Assembly (NCBI RefSeq): GCF_018977255.1 | Contig: NW_024704742.1 | Span: 21,950,001 to 22,014,000, forward strand | Source: Callorhinchus milii | Taxonomy: Eukaryota | DNA length: 64,000 bases | Direction: 5' to 3' | Shown here: one piece after another, positions 39,448 through 54,024 of the stretch | Layout of the letters: the number at the start of each line of letters is the position of its first letter | How positions within the stretch are numbered: position 1 is the first letter of the stretch | Translations under genes and position numbers: made by a program | The notes under the pieces: generated by a model | The model's database searches: none | The model's input: only the letters and a program-made list of their open reading frames with translations | What the model was told of the DNA's origin: nothing

Positions 39448-40067
39448 CTACAAAATAAAAGAAAGGACATTATAAAAAGCTAAAGAAAGACATTTTAAAA
39501 AGCTGAAGGAAACAATTAGGGGAACAGTCTCAATTATTCTTGTGACCAATATAGGAGACTATCCATGGTAAGAAATGGAAAATGGTTTCATTTCCAGTCA
39601 CGTCAGCAACATGCAATAGGCTGAAAGCACAATAAACCTCCCGCTACGCTCCACAACAATCCTCTGATGGAATGTCACAAAAGCACCCTGTTCAGTGCCA
39701 AGAATGAATTGTGTCTGCTTATACCAACTACTGAATATTAAAAATCCACAGACCAGTGCATGGTAACTGAATAAATTCACTGGACCGACAGCGGAGTCCC
39801 ACTCTGCATAGCTTTTACACATCAACGCTCAAAATAAGTATTTTTCAGCATCAAAAAGCACAAGCTGAATATGCAGAATTGATTACCGCCCAAACACAAG
39901 TCTGTTTCAACTCAAATTCAAAGGGTTAGCAAATTAACTACAACGAACATAACCATCTACAGCTTAAAACAATTTGAAAATATTCTACTTAAAAGCCTAA
40001 CAACATAAGCGAACAACCTAAAATAGTGTCTTTTATAAATCTGTACCAAACCGTTGCAATTACTTTA

Positions 40068-40364
<297 letters not shown>

Positions 40365-40857
40365 TTATTTGGCATATGTTTTGCATTTCAAGTTTCCTCA
40401 AAGCATCATCATCCTACAGTAAATCTAATCTTGTTGGATTGATAAAGTATATTGAAAAACATTCAATGGGGCAACATGACAGCACAATGCCACTCCTTAA
40501 GCTGCTTTGTCAAGAGTAGCAGAATACGGTTCACTCTTTGTTGGCTATTCTCCATGCTGGTGCTCTGCACTTTTGTGCAAGTATTAGTGGACAGATGTAA
40601 GACTGCTATGGTACAGGTCAGGAATCAGATTGCCTGCTTGATTCTTCTAAGCCAGATAAGAAAATAATTTAAATGGGAGAGGGGAAGAGAAAGAATATCT
40701 ACACTAAAGATCAACACTGGTCTTTAAATTTTGATTGTAGCAGGGTGTATCCTCGCTTCTAAATGTTCTCCAAAACTATAAAAGACAAAACATGAGCAAA
40801 AATGCAGCAAAAGCATTAATCTAAATTGTTTTGCATCATTATACACAACAAAAGTTT

Positions 40858-41205
40858 AACAACAATTTACATTTGTGTGACGCCCTTCATATGGGGTAGC
40901 GTCTGAGCCCTTAAAGGCAGTGCTTGACACCGACAAGGGGGGACATGCAGAAGACTAGAACCATTTGAGTGAATGGGGAGAGCAGAGGAGTAGGGTGTGA
41001 GCAGGTTGGACAGGTAGCTTGGGCATGAAATGATTTGTAGTTGAGCATGAGAATCTTGAAATCAATTAGTTCTGCAACAGGGAGCTGCAGTTGGAGCCAG
41101 TAGAGGCCAGCAAGGACTGAAGCATTGGCGGTGCAGAGTTTGGTATGGGTGAGGATACAGACGCCAGAGTTTAGAATCAGTTGGATATTGTGAGTGGTGG
41201 AAGCT
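40858..41205 (-). mobile_element. Old L2 3' fragment
   Basis: CAA tail, degenerate stem-loop, and remnant of the LHWL...IDFKIL region. Confidence 0.6.
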
Positions 41206-41503
41206 TACAATTTTAGCTTTATATTACATGTGCTTTCCAAACATTTACTAATCAGAGAATTCTTAGGATTATTTACTAATCAGAGAACTCTGCTACAAAT
41301 GAGGATGTGCTATACTGAAGGACACTATCAGGGCTTTCATTGTCATGTTTCAGAACTGAGCAATAAATAAGGGACAGCTGGAATGTTTATGAATGTGATC
41401 AGTGTTGTCGAGGTCAGGAGTTTTATTAACAATGGCATGAAAGCGAACAGGTGTATTAAAATTCACATGTTACACACATAATACTTGTGAAGTAAATATC
41501 TCA

Positions 41504-41764
<261 letters not shown>

Positions 41765-41957
41765 TTATTACATTCACATTTCCCCTAAATGAACAGCTAC
41801 AGGTTATATACAGCAAAACGTTTCAGTGAAATATATTCGTGTCTTATACATTCACACAATTACATTGAATAGATTCACAACACTTCTTTTTAAAAAAATC
41901 TTATTTTTCTATTGGTCTCCAGTGTGCCATTCCATCATTGGTTAGAGCACAGTGGTT

Positions 41958-42324
41958 GGGTAGCTCAGTGGTTACAGCTCTCGCCTCGCAAGTGAGAGAG
42001 GAGACCTGGGTTGTATTCCCGCCAGGGCGAAATGTTGGGCAAGTTTTCTTACTCCACACGCCTCTGTTTATCTAGCAGCAAGTAAGAACCCGGTTGTTAG
42101 TCGATTGGTGCATCGCTTTTCCGGGGATAATAATCCCTAAAAAAAAAATAATAAATTAGTCACTCAATCCATGACTGTTTGTGGGACATTGCTGTGTGCA
42201 ACTGGCTACTGTGTTTCACCCACAAATATACAGTCAATTCACTTTACAGTATATACTGTGAAGCGCTTTGATATCACTAGAAGAGGTGAAAAGCGCTATA
42301 TCAGATGCAAGTATTATTATTATT
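41958..42324 (+). mobile_element. tRNA-derived SINE, long form, full length
   Basis: Head, extra 62-nt segment at 42064-42125, body and ATT tail. Confidence 0.9.
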
Positions 42325-43354
42325 AGGTGACAAATTGCTCTTAAACCTCTGATGGCAGTACTATTACCAGCCACTAGGAGGCACAAGAGTTAACCAGCAC
42401 TTCAATTTTCCCTCCTTGAAGGGATTGACCACTGCGCTACATCTTTCTGTAAAAACATGATTCTTTGGAAACTAAATCAACTCCAGGCACAAAATCCTTG
42501 TGTGCATTACACAAGTTCTCATTTTGTATTTTTTTGCAGGATAATGAAATGATAAATAATGAAATAATAAAAAAGTGAAAATAAATCCTTGTGCACATAA
42601 TTTTGTTAAAAATTTGGTTGTGCACAATGCAGCACTCAATTTAGAACATTATTCAGGGTCACTACATAATTTCAAATCTCAGCAGAAGCTAATTTAGAAT
42701 ATTTTCTTGGGGAAAGGAAACACTACAAATCAAAGTTGGAAAACAGTTCAGACTAAGATCTAACAAGCATGTACAGTTCACAATTTTGACCCCAACGTGG
42801 GCAAATTATGGAATCAATGCCAGCTGGCCATTTTCATAGAATGATTCATGGTCATCACTCATATCTCTGAACAGACTTCCCAAAAGTAGTCATAAATCAT
42901 GAAGAGCAGGTGGGCTTTGTCTTGCAGTTCCCAGAATACGCCAATACTGGAAATTACGTAACAGCAGTGACAGGATGCAGCTTGTTAAAGGCAGTCTTTA
43001 AAGACACTACTGCTGTCCAAAAGGAATAGAACTTCAAACTATTTAAAACCTTGTGCTTTCTACTCAGAATGGTATTCCATTTTTATGCGCCATTTGTTTC
43101 TTTAAAGAAAACTGAAATAATTTTATAGTTGCTCCTTTTGCTCAATAGATTTTTGATCTTTATTACTACTGCTCAGAACTCTGATGTCAGCACTCCACCT
43201 CTAATGAGAACTACACAAGGTCATGTTTTACATGTATTTTATTAAAAGAAATAAAAATGAAGTCACTAATATCTGGAGGTTTTCAAAATTGCATCAATAA
43301 TTTTAGAAATCTGTGAACCAAAACTCTTCATTATGTTAACTTTAAAACTTTTGT

Positions 43355-43768
43355 TAGGCTGGCTTAGCAGTAGCAGAAAGTTGGGGGTTCAAACCCCACA
43401 TCGGGAGTTGAAAGTACATGGTCTAAATTGACACTCCAGTGCTGTGCTAAGAGTGTGTTGTGTTATTGGACGTGCCTTAATTCGTACAAAATGTTAAAGC
43501 AAGGTCCCACCTGCCTGTTCAGGTGGACGTTAAAGACCTAATGGTGCTATTCGAAAAGAGAAGGGAGTTTCTCCCAGTGTCTTGGTCAACAATTCCCTCA
43601 AATAAAATTGGTTGTTCACTTCATGACTATTTGTGGGACATTACTGGGCACAACTGTGTTTCACCCACAGAATACACAGTCACTCCACTTTACAGTATAT
43701 CCTGTGAAACTCTTTAAGATTCTTGATAACCTGATAACACGCTACATCAAATGCAAGGATTATTATTA
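43355..43768 (+). mobile_element. Old Deu-domain SINE
   Basis: gttaaagcaaggtcccacctgcctgttcaggtggacgttaaagacc Deu segment and ATT tail. Confidence 0.78.
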
Positions 43769-45577
43769 AAATCTAAAAGTTTTGGTACATTCCTAAATTC
43801 AGTCTCAACTTGCAAAAAAAGCTTTCAAATTACCCCTGAATTTAAGAATTTTTCAAAATTCTGCATGAAGTTACATTTTAAGCCAAAACCATGAGAAATT
43901 TCAAGCCGCAGTTATCTAGCGCAATTTTGCACAAGCTTTGAATTCTCCTGTTACTTCACCAATTCACGTGCAATACAAAGAAATTTACATTTTGTATCCC
44001 TGACAGTACAGATTTGGCAGCACAAGCAGAAATGACTTAAGTTTGCAAGTCATGTCTGTATGAGTACGCTTTTGAGATTGTGCAACTGCAATATAAAGTA
44101 CTTAGTTCATTCTTAAACAAGTTGAACTAGTAAAACATGTGAATTCTTGTCTTGAATACATGGTTTATAGACACCTGGGAGCTACAGTTTATAAAAAAAA
44201 TTGTAATCAGACATCCAGCTTGGGGAAGGGCACTACATGAAGAAACAATTTCTGAGGCCGTCATATTTGTGATCAGGAGCTGAGCTTTAGATCTTCAAGG
44301 CAATAAAATTTTCCCCAAAAATGGCATGGTTGGCTATTTGTTGGACATTCTCTTTAAGGAATACAAAATGACAACTTTTCCATTCAGCAGTAAACACAGG
44401 GCTATATTTTCAGATGTTTTCACAAGAGGCATGAGCATGACATACTCTGGAATCTGGCACTATCTTTAGGAAACAGCTGCAACCCCTCCCCACTGTGCAC
44501 ATTTACTCAGTTACTACATCACCTACTCTTCCCTAGAATTCAAATTCAAAGTTCACAAAATTTAGCATTGTTAATATTTCAAATTTTCAAACAAGTATTT
44601 TATTCGTGGATGTAAAAGTAAGAATAGAATCATGGATTTTTTTGAGAATAGAAGACGTTTGGCCCATTGCGTCTGGGCAAGGCTCTTTGAAAGATCTTTT
44701 AAAGCCTTTCTCCACAATCCTTTCATACTTTTCCTTTTCAAACATTTTTTCAATCCCTTTTAAAAGCTCAGTAATATGGATTCTCTTTCAAAACATTATT
44801 TTTGGTAGGTAAAGTATTAAGGAATTAATGGTAATGAATAAAGAGAAATTCATTCTTGGATTGCTGAGTAAAGTGGATCTATAGATGCAGATAGAATATA
44901 TAGAACCATTACTTTCCTATGAAAATCATATTGCTTGTTTACTATCCCAGATTCAACTCTTTGAGCACATCAGAATACCAAAGGAAAATTTCTTCCCTGC
45001 TAAATTAGCCACCTTTAATCAAGATCAAGCATTATGTGAAGCTAGAGTAGAAAAGTAAATGTTTAACATTGTGCACCAACAGTTGTACAAGGGTAGATGT
45101 ATTTTTCTAAACGCCAGTTATAATTTTTTTTCCATGAAGTTCAATGGAATTGGGTGGGGGTGTTAAAAGGTAAACTCGCAGTTCAGGAAACAATGGGAGC
45201 ATTAATTTAATCTTGGCTGATGACAAGGTTTTCCTGGTATAGACACAAGGGCATTACGCAGACTGCCAGTGACTTAACCCCTACAATACCATGGATGTGT
45301 TAGCTTCCCTAGCACTTCACAAATTCAACAATCTCCCGTGAAGTAAGAGCCCCATCAGTGTTGGAACAAATAATTCCTTGATTAATTGCAAACCGAAGGG
45401 GAACACCAAAGTTGAACAGGAACAAAGGAAAACAATTCAAAGTGGTCAATGGGACACCAAGCTTGGGGTAAAGTGAACAAAACCCTCTTTTATTTTTATA
45501 AAGGGTTACTAGTCATCTCGAAAAGTATATTGGGAGCAAACAGAAATAAGTATGTTTCAGTAATTTTCGTAGTTGAT

Positions 45578-45750
45578 AATAATGATCCTTGTATTTGATA
45601 TAGTGCCTTATCACGTCTTCGAGACATCTCAAAGCGTTTCACAGAATAGACTGTAAAGTGAATTGCCTGTATATTTTGTGGGTGAAACGTGAAAGTCAAT
45701 TGCGCACAAACAGTCATGGACTGAAGTGACCAATTTATTATTATTATATA
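45578..45750 (-). mobile_element. SINE 3' half
   Basis: Shared SINE body and tail. Confidence 0.8.
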
Positions 45751-46712
45751 ATATTTAGTTAATAAGATATAGAAAGGATAGAGGAGGTTGGGAATATAAA
45801 TAAAATTAAAAGTAGCAAAATAAGGTCAGAGAAAGTGAGAAAGAACAAAAAACAATGTTAACCCATTTAAAATGGCATTCTTTGTGCTTATTTTAACAGC
45901 ATACAATTACAGTAATAAAGATAGTCCCTGACACCTGAGCAGCTTTATTAGTGTTTGTTTCAAGGTCAGTGCATGATCTGAAAACTTTATGGCCAGCCTA
46001 AGGGCTATATAATCTCAAAACTACTTGCAGATTCTGCACATTTTACCTGGAGTCAAGTGTGAAGTGGTTACATTATGGGTTTTTAGTGTTTGAGATTTGC
46101 AGCACAATCAGGAAATAGGCAAAGGCTGAGACCTATAATCCCCTCAAAGAGGAGCCTGGACATAACAGATGTCAAGAAGCCATGTGCCAAGGTAACACCA
46201 AACTTCAAGCATCTCCTCGTAATCAAGACTAACTGGATGTAAAATTGATAGGTAGAATGTTTTATTGCCAAATTCCCACAAACTGAACCTCATTCAAGTG
46301 CCGCTAGATCTGAAATGAAAGGGTGCGTCAACTCCATATAAGTATTGGACAATAATTGGCAATTATTCATAAGAATTTCTCTGAATTTTTATAATTTTCC
46401 AAGGATTATTACAATTTAACTTTTAAAGCCATTTGCACTTGGGCCTCCCATTGTATTAACAAGCCACCACTGCAAGAAATGTTATATTTGATTTAATGTT
46501 TGTCAGACAATACACTGATATATTTAAAAACATATTGAATATTTCGTCCTGCACCAAAAATCAAACAAAATCAACATCAATTAGTTGTAGAAAACAAGAC
46601 GGTGATTAACTCTCAGAGGAGTAGTTTTAAATGCTCTAGCAGATCACTGAAGAATCTTACTATGTTTGGCACCAAAACACTTATTTTCTTTCCTGTTATA
46701 TTAAAAGTTTCA

Positions 46713-46895
<183 letters not shown>

Positions 46896-48100
46896 TCAAA
46901 TGTCATTAAATGCCACCACAATACTAAACTAGCTTGAATACATTAGAAAATGAATATTCAAATGCAGCCTGAGTTCCAATTTTTCCAACTAAAATACTTG
47001 AGCAATGTAGAAACAGCAAAACCAGAATTTAATAATTTATAGCTAGATCTTTGATTTTGTTTAAACGCATTGTTACCTAATTTGAAAACTTACTTTACTT
47101 TCAAATGTAAATTTAACACAAAATAATCTTTAAAATAATTGGAATCTTGATTTAATTTGGGCATCTATACACATTCAAAGACTTACAAAGAATATACAGC
47201 ACTGAAACAGACCACTTGGCCCAAGTAGTCCATGCTGGCGTTTAGACTCCACACGAATCCCCACCCATTTCTTTCCTCTCTCCCAAACCGTTCTATACCC
47301 CTCTCTGTCATGTGAAGATCTAACATCATGCTGAATGCATCAAACTTTATCTTCATTGACAAATTTATGTTACTTCCTTGTATTCAGAGCACTGTTGTGC
47401 TTCATTTAACTTTGCAATCTCTCCTTCAGTAATGTTATCTATGTTAGACAATCAGATTTGAATTTTTGATTCAGGTCTTGTGGCCCATACAAAACAATAC
47501 AAAGCCAATTTACACTTATAAAGCACTTTTCATGTTGGGAGGACACCCCAAAGCGCCAGCAAAGACTAAATAGTGTTTAATCCATACTAAAATACTGCTC
47601 TGATATATTTCTATACTCATCTACTCCGGAAATAACATAGAATCAAGGTTACATAAGCTATTGCCAGCAATTTCATGTTGTTCTTCAAAGCATTAATAAT
47701 GGGCCTCTCTCTTTCCTGAAATTATATCTGTGAAGAAAACTATTTTGAACAGAGCTCTGGTCATACCAATCTGTTCCCTTCTCAAGGGACTGAGCATGTA
47801 ATCAATTGTACCTGGCAAACCTTGTATATCAATCACACAGTCTTATTTATTGGGAACAGGCCAGTTTGTCCCAGAATGTGATTACTGCCACAGAGAGATG
47901 TATTGTATTGAGAATTCCAGGCATCCTTTCACCTGTTCTAAAGACAGTCATAACTCACTTCTGTGTCTACAGCACTAAAATTATTTGCCTTTCACTGGTA
48001 AAATCTCTCTAAAATTATATTCTTTAAACTGATGCTAGATCTTACAGATATTGTGGAAAATACACACTCAATAACCATACGAACATTTATACTGCAATTA

Positions 48101-48532
<432 letters not shown>

Positions 48533-50507
48533 TTATGAAGCTAAATAATTAGAAACTCACATTAAGAATACAAGTGGATGGATGGCTATTTCCCATAGAT
48601 AACCCTTTTGAAATGAACAGCAATAGTCTGAAAAACCAAGCACTCCCATTTATTAGCCAAAGAATGGCCATAGTGATGACCTGCTATGACACAGTCCGAA
48701 AGTCTGAATTCCAGAAACTTGAAGTCTGTTTACCCGGTGTTGAGTGTATTTCTGTGTATTTTAAAATAACAATACTATACTTTGGAACAAGATAACCTCT
48801 GACCCAGAAGCCCTAAAATGGGACTTTGGACTCCCAGACTAGAGTGACCCTTCCATGCAGTATTTGGGGGAAGCATTGCTTCATTAGGTGGTGTCTTTCA
48901 ACAGCAACTTACATTTATATAGTGCCCTTCACATCTTGCCTTTCGGGTAAAATGATAAACTGAGGTTCTGTCTGCCTGTTCCAAGGAGACTTTAAAGACC
49001 CTATAGTACAATTCAAAAAACCAAGGAGCTTCTTCAGATAGCCAATTATCCTCCACTTCACAGCTGTTTCTTGCACCTTACCATGTGTAACTGGCTGCCG
49101 CATTTGCCTGCAAATAGTCACTACAGTACTTGGGATCAAACACAAACCAAACATAAGATTTAAAAATAAGTGAACTGTTATTGCTTGAGTTCAGTGCCAA
49201 ATTTGTGAACATAACCAGGATACAAGCATTTTAATCTTTCGATTCTGAATATCCAAATAATTTTAGCCTGAGTGACCATCATATTAAAAATCTGTCCTTT
49301 GCTTAGTGGGACACGATCCCTAAACGCCCTGTGACTGCATTACTCCCCCTACTTATCTCACAATTTGTAACAGAGCCTTCATATTAGCCAATCAGAAGCC
49401 ACCTGATGGTCATCTCACTACTATAATCAGTCTGTCATATCTCTACCACAGACAGTCAGAAAAATCAATATGGAGTCTGTATGCAAGAAACAGCAGATAA
49501 AGTAATAAAATATCAATACGAAATTAGTATGGGAGAGGATGAGTAATGCTGATTAATGACACTGCTCTTCAGTCATACTCGAGTCCAATAGATATCAGAT
49601 CCCGAATTAACCTTCCTCCTTTCAATTGCTTTACTATAATATACTCGGATGCAAGATTTCAAATTGATGGTAGGCAGCTTGTGCAAAATACCATACCAGG
49701 TAATTAAGTTTAAATTTGGACCCTCAGAGATAAATGCATAGACATACATCTCATTTACATCAACTGATTAATTATACTTCAAATTAAGAGTTTAATTATT
49801 CTTGAGTGACTGTGGGTTAGGATCCAAGCCAGACTGATTCAATTCTGTTTGTTCGCCATTATGCAACCAAAGTAAGTTTTTGGCACTGCAACTTCAAATC
49901 TGGGCAAAAACCTGGTTGCAAAAAATAGTGCAATGCCCTCCCTCCACATCACCAGATCAAAGTGAACAGCTGGTTTGGAGCTATTACAAACTGGCTTTCT
50001 TTCCCATATCTACTACATTAATGACCTCTTTAGAGATACCTAAAAGTAAACTTACAAGTGTTGGATGTTTCCAAAGTTAGGCAACATCACAAATCACTCG
50101 ATAATCTTAAAACATTTTAAATCAGCTGTTTGCATTGAATTTACCACCCACTACCCAAATCCACAGTGATCAACAGGAACACAATTCATGAAATTCTAAA
50201 AAAGCCAGGGCTATAATGACAGCTGTAGTCAAAAACCGGGTGCCTGACAGTCAATCACCACAGTATGTAGGAGTTAAATTTCCAATGACAAGCCACTGAC
50301 TAGAGGTTGGATACTGGGTTTACAGAGATAACTATTTAGAAAATTCTAGGTCTCTTGTAGGGGAAAACTAAAAATGGCAATGGTATTATGCCATTGGCTA
50401 TTGCATAGAGATCTAAGGTTTCACAAACACTCATTTAAACCACAAGATTTACTTGCAATACTTCAAATTATTTAGGTGTCATCCTGGCTCAATACAATCC
50501 AATTTGC

Positions 50508-50898
50508 ATAGCTCAGTTAGCAGCACTTTAGAGTCAGAAGGTCATGGGTTCATGTCCCACACTGTGAACTCACAGTCTCGGCTGACACTCCAATTCTGGG
50601 CTGCGGAATGATGCAAATGCAGACCTTCAGATGAAGCGTTAACCCACCTACCCTATAAGTCCCACCTGCTTGTTCAGATGTAAATTAAAGTTCCCATGGT
50701 ACTACTCAAAAAGAGAACTGATTTCCTTCCAGTGTCCTCGCCAACAATTCCCAGATAAGTCATCATTCACTACGTGGCTGTTTGTGGGACGTTGCTATGC
50801 GCAAATTGGATGCCACATTTATAATAAATCCTGTGAAGAACTTTGAAATACCCTCCCAACGTGAAAGGTGTTATAGCAAATGCAACAATTATTTATTA
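50508..50898 (+). mobile_element. Old Deu-domain SINE
   Basis: gagtcagaaggtcatgggttc head, Deu segment and tail. Confidence 0.72.
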
Positions 50899-51827
50899 CA
50901 ATCCATGATTTTCCAATATAATAATCAAGAGCATCACCCTACAGTAGTTATGTCTTGCACACATTAATGAAAACATGAATCCTGATGTTCAGGGAGTTTG
51001 TAGAACATGACCCAAAAGGGGAATTTTAGATCATGTCATTTATAGATCCATTAATGAAGTACAGTACGTATAAAACACAGCAATGATACTTAACAGACTT
51101 TCAGTAATTATCCCTTAAATTAACATGGCACAGATGCCATAAACTAAAAAACTTTGTTTGCATTTCCTGTAATTGTGTGTAGCATTCCAGATGAATCACT
51201 TCCTGTGCCCATCTTCCTCAAAATGCCACATGTCGGCAGAGCCTACCAGAGAGTATGCACAAGACAAAGGTCTCATTCTCAATCTGGAATTTCCTGCCTG
51301 TTCCACACAGCCAGCTGTTCCTGTCAGGTCAGATGACCTTCTGTTCTGCTAAAGCAATATTACTTTCTAAGAAAAAATAGGCACTGTATAGTTGCACAAA
51401 GAACATGAGATGGTTTGGAACTTCATGACAGACACTGGTAACACCACAGAGAGAACATGGTTTGTCTTCTGCATTCAACCGTACAGGTCCTAAAACTCCT
51501 GACAGTAATTTGGGTAGAAACAACCTGCAAAACAGAGACACTCCTTAAACTGTTCGTAGAAACTATCAACTCAATAAAAAAGAGCTAAGATCCTTCATTA
51601 AAAAGGAAAATGTGGTTACGTTCTATTCAGTGAGGTCCCACACATACCATAACAAAATCCCTGGAGAAATGTCACCTGTCGTTTTCAATTAATTAATAAT
51701 GATCTACACTTGCGTAATGTGGAGTCAATGCTATCAACACAGATGAAGCCCCGACACGTTTCCAGCTAATGGAATCTTGTAATACTTTTAAAAAGACAGA
51801 ACATAATAAAATAAAGGTAAGAAATCG

Positions 51828-51910
51828 CACTTAGTCATTTATTTAAAAGCACATTTGGCAGCTACTGCCAAAGTTTCAACCAAATGTGTTTTTAAATAAA
51901 CAGCTAAGTG
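51828..51910. repeat. Imperfect 31-bp inverted repeat in a SMAD1 intron
   Basis: CACTTAGTCATTTATTTAAAAGCACATTTGG pairs with CCAAATGTGTTTTTAAATAAACAGCTAAGTG. Confidence 0.8.
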
Positions 51911-52651
51911 TTCGCTTATGTTCTGCACAATTTTGTGCTGCTAAATTATGACAATTTTCCACTCTACCATTTTTTCACTCCATGATCCTTTTCTACTCTT
52001 TATCCATCTGCTAATTGTTCACATAATCCCGTTAGGTTAACACCTTTTTCAGTATCCATTTTAGAGGCTGAGCATTAATATTCTATCATTTGCTCTTCAA
52101 GAAAACCTCAATTTATCCGGTCATTGGTTTATATGGAATCAAGTGCAACCCTGTTTTAGTGCACAAAACTGATACATAATTGATGTTCCACAATTTAACA
52201 GGAGTGCACCATAATGACACTTATCTGTAAATAACTGATATAAATTAGGCCTTGCTAAATGCACTCAGAACATTTTTACTGGGCAGACTTATTGAATGCA
52301 TTCACCATTAGGAGATTTAAGCTCAGTATTTCTTGGTCCTCTAAAGACCTACTCGTATGTCGTTCATTTGGGCTGCAATAAGCACTTGCACATGCTGCCA
52401 TGGATTGACAAGACTCTGCCCCTTCAGTCACGGAATACTATCGGATCTTTTGTGGATGATAACCGAGAGACTCATTTGAGTTTTAAACTAACTAGTAACT
52501 AGGAATTAATAGGATGTCACATCATATGAAATAGTTTACTTCCTTTACCACAGTCATACTCCACTTATTTAAATCTCTTCATTTTGAAATAATTAAGGTT
52601 AAATTCTATTCAAGACATTCCTCTCCATGAACTCAGAAATTTGCAATACAA

Positions 52652-52960
52652 AATAATCCTTGCATTTGAAAAAGCACCTTTCACGAGGAGAGGGCATCTC
52701 AAAGAGGTTCAAATTGGCAGCCAATTTGCACACAGCAAAGTGCCATAAACAGCCATGACATGAATCAACAATTTTATTCGGAGAATTGTTGGCCAGAATA
52801 CGAAGAGAAATACCCTTCTCTATTTTTGAATAGCACCATGGGATCGTTAACATCCACCTGAACAGATAGGACCTCAGTTTAACATCTCGTCCGAAGGCAT
52901 CTCTGACAATGGAGTACAGCCCCAGTACAGCATTGGCTGGGGTGGCCTGGAGTGGGGAGC
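52652..52960 (-). mobile_element. Old Deu-domain SINE
   Basis: Reverse Deu segment catccacctgaacagataggacctcagtttaacatctcgtccgaag. Confidence 0.72.
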
Positions 52961-53963
52961 AGAAACAAACAGACCAAGCCTTATTTTGAAAGCAGGAGTC
53001 CTAGAGTAACAACAATGCGATCTGAAAGTGTGACTGGCAGATGGTTGGTATTAGATTTACAATGTTTACATAATGTAATTGGAACAGTCCTATAGCAGAG
53101 ATTGAAAAATGCTATACAGCTAACTGCACCACTTGTACCTTGACCTAGTTTATAGCCCAGGTACCACAAAGTATTATGACTGTGGGCTTTCTTGTCTGAC
53201 AAAGAAGTAAGAGAGAGGGGGCATCTGGGAACATTACTGCATCAATGGTGACCAGTCATTAAGACCGTTTCCAAATTCTATTAACTAACAGGCAGTATAG
53301 GTAAAACTGAGGATCCTCAGAACCTTGATCCAATATCCATGTACCACCAACTGATCAACTGAGCTTCACTGTCACAAATTTCATGAAACAGCCTCCGATC
53401 AGACTTGGTGGTGATGGTGGGGAAATCTTATTTACCTTAGCCAAAAAAGGTTTGCTGCGTCTCCTTTTTCTCTTATTCCAGGATCTTTTGGAGAATAGAA
53501 TCATAGAATGTTACAACACAAGGCATTCGGCCTATTAAGTCTATCCTGCCGGAGGGGAGGGGCATTCCCTACATAAACCATCTTGTACAATCCCCACGCT
53601 CTTACTCACTATTCATACATATATTTTTCTTAGCAGAGAATTTTAAGCAGATATTACATGTCTGCCTATTGTGCCCAAGTCTATAGTCACATGCCTATTG
53701 TGATAGATCTGGAATATTAAAGAGAAATATTTAATGTCTGGAAAAGTAAATGTAGTTCAGATAAGTTTTCAGTTTCCAAGCTCCATTCAAAAACATTTAT
53801 TTCAGATACCTGCCTTCGTGTCACTCCCTGCACAATATCCTTCCATTTACATAGTACACCCTCGTCCATTTAGTTCATTTTATTAATTCTCTTGCCCAAA
53901 GGCAACAACGTACCCATTTGATTACAATGAAGGCTCACGGTCACAACAGAATTATAATCGGGA

Positions 53964-54024
53964 GTTTACCATCTTCAATTTGAGAATTCATGAGCTGAAA
54001 CATTCTCAAATTGAAGATGTAAAC
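53964..54024. repeat. Long inverted repeat (hairpin) in a SMAD1 intron
   Basis: CATCTTCAATTTGAGAAT / ATTCTCAAATTGAAGATG form a perfect 18-bp stem with a 14-nt loop. Confidence 0.85.

Noticed and set aside
41243..41287. 17-nt direct repeat ATTTACTAATCAGAGAA
   Set aside because: It is a small local duplication with only 11 nt between copies, so not a target-site duplication of any element.
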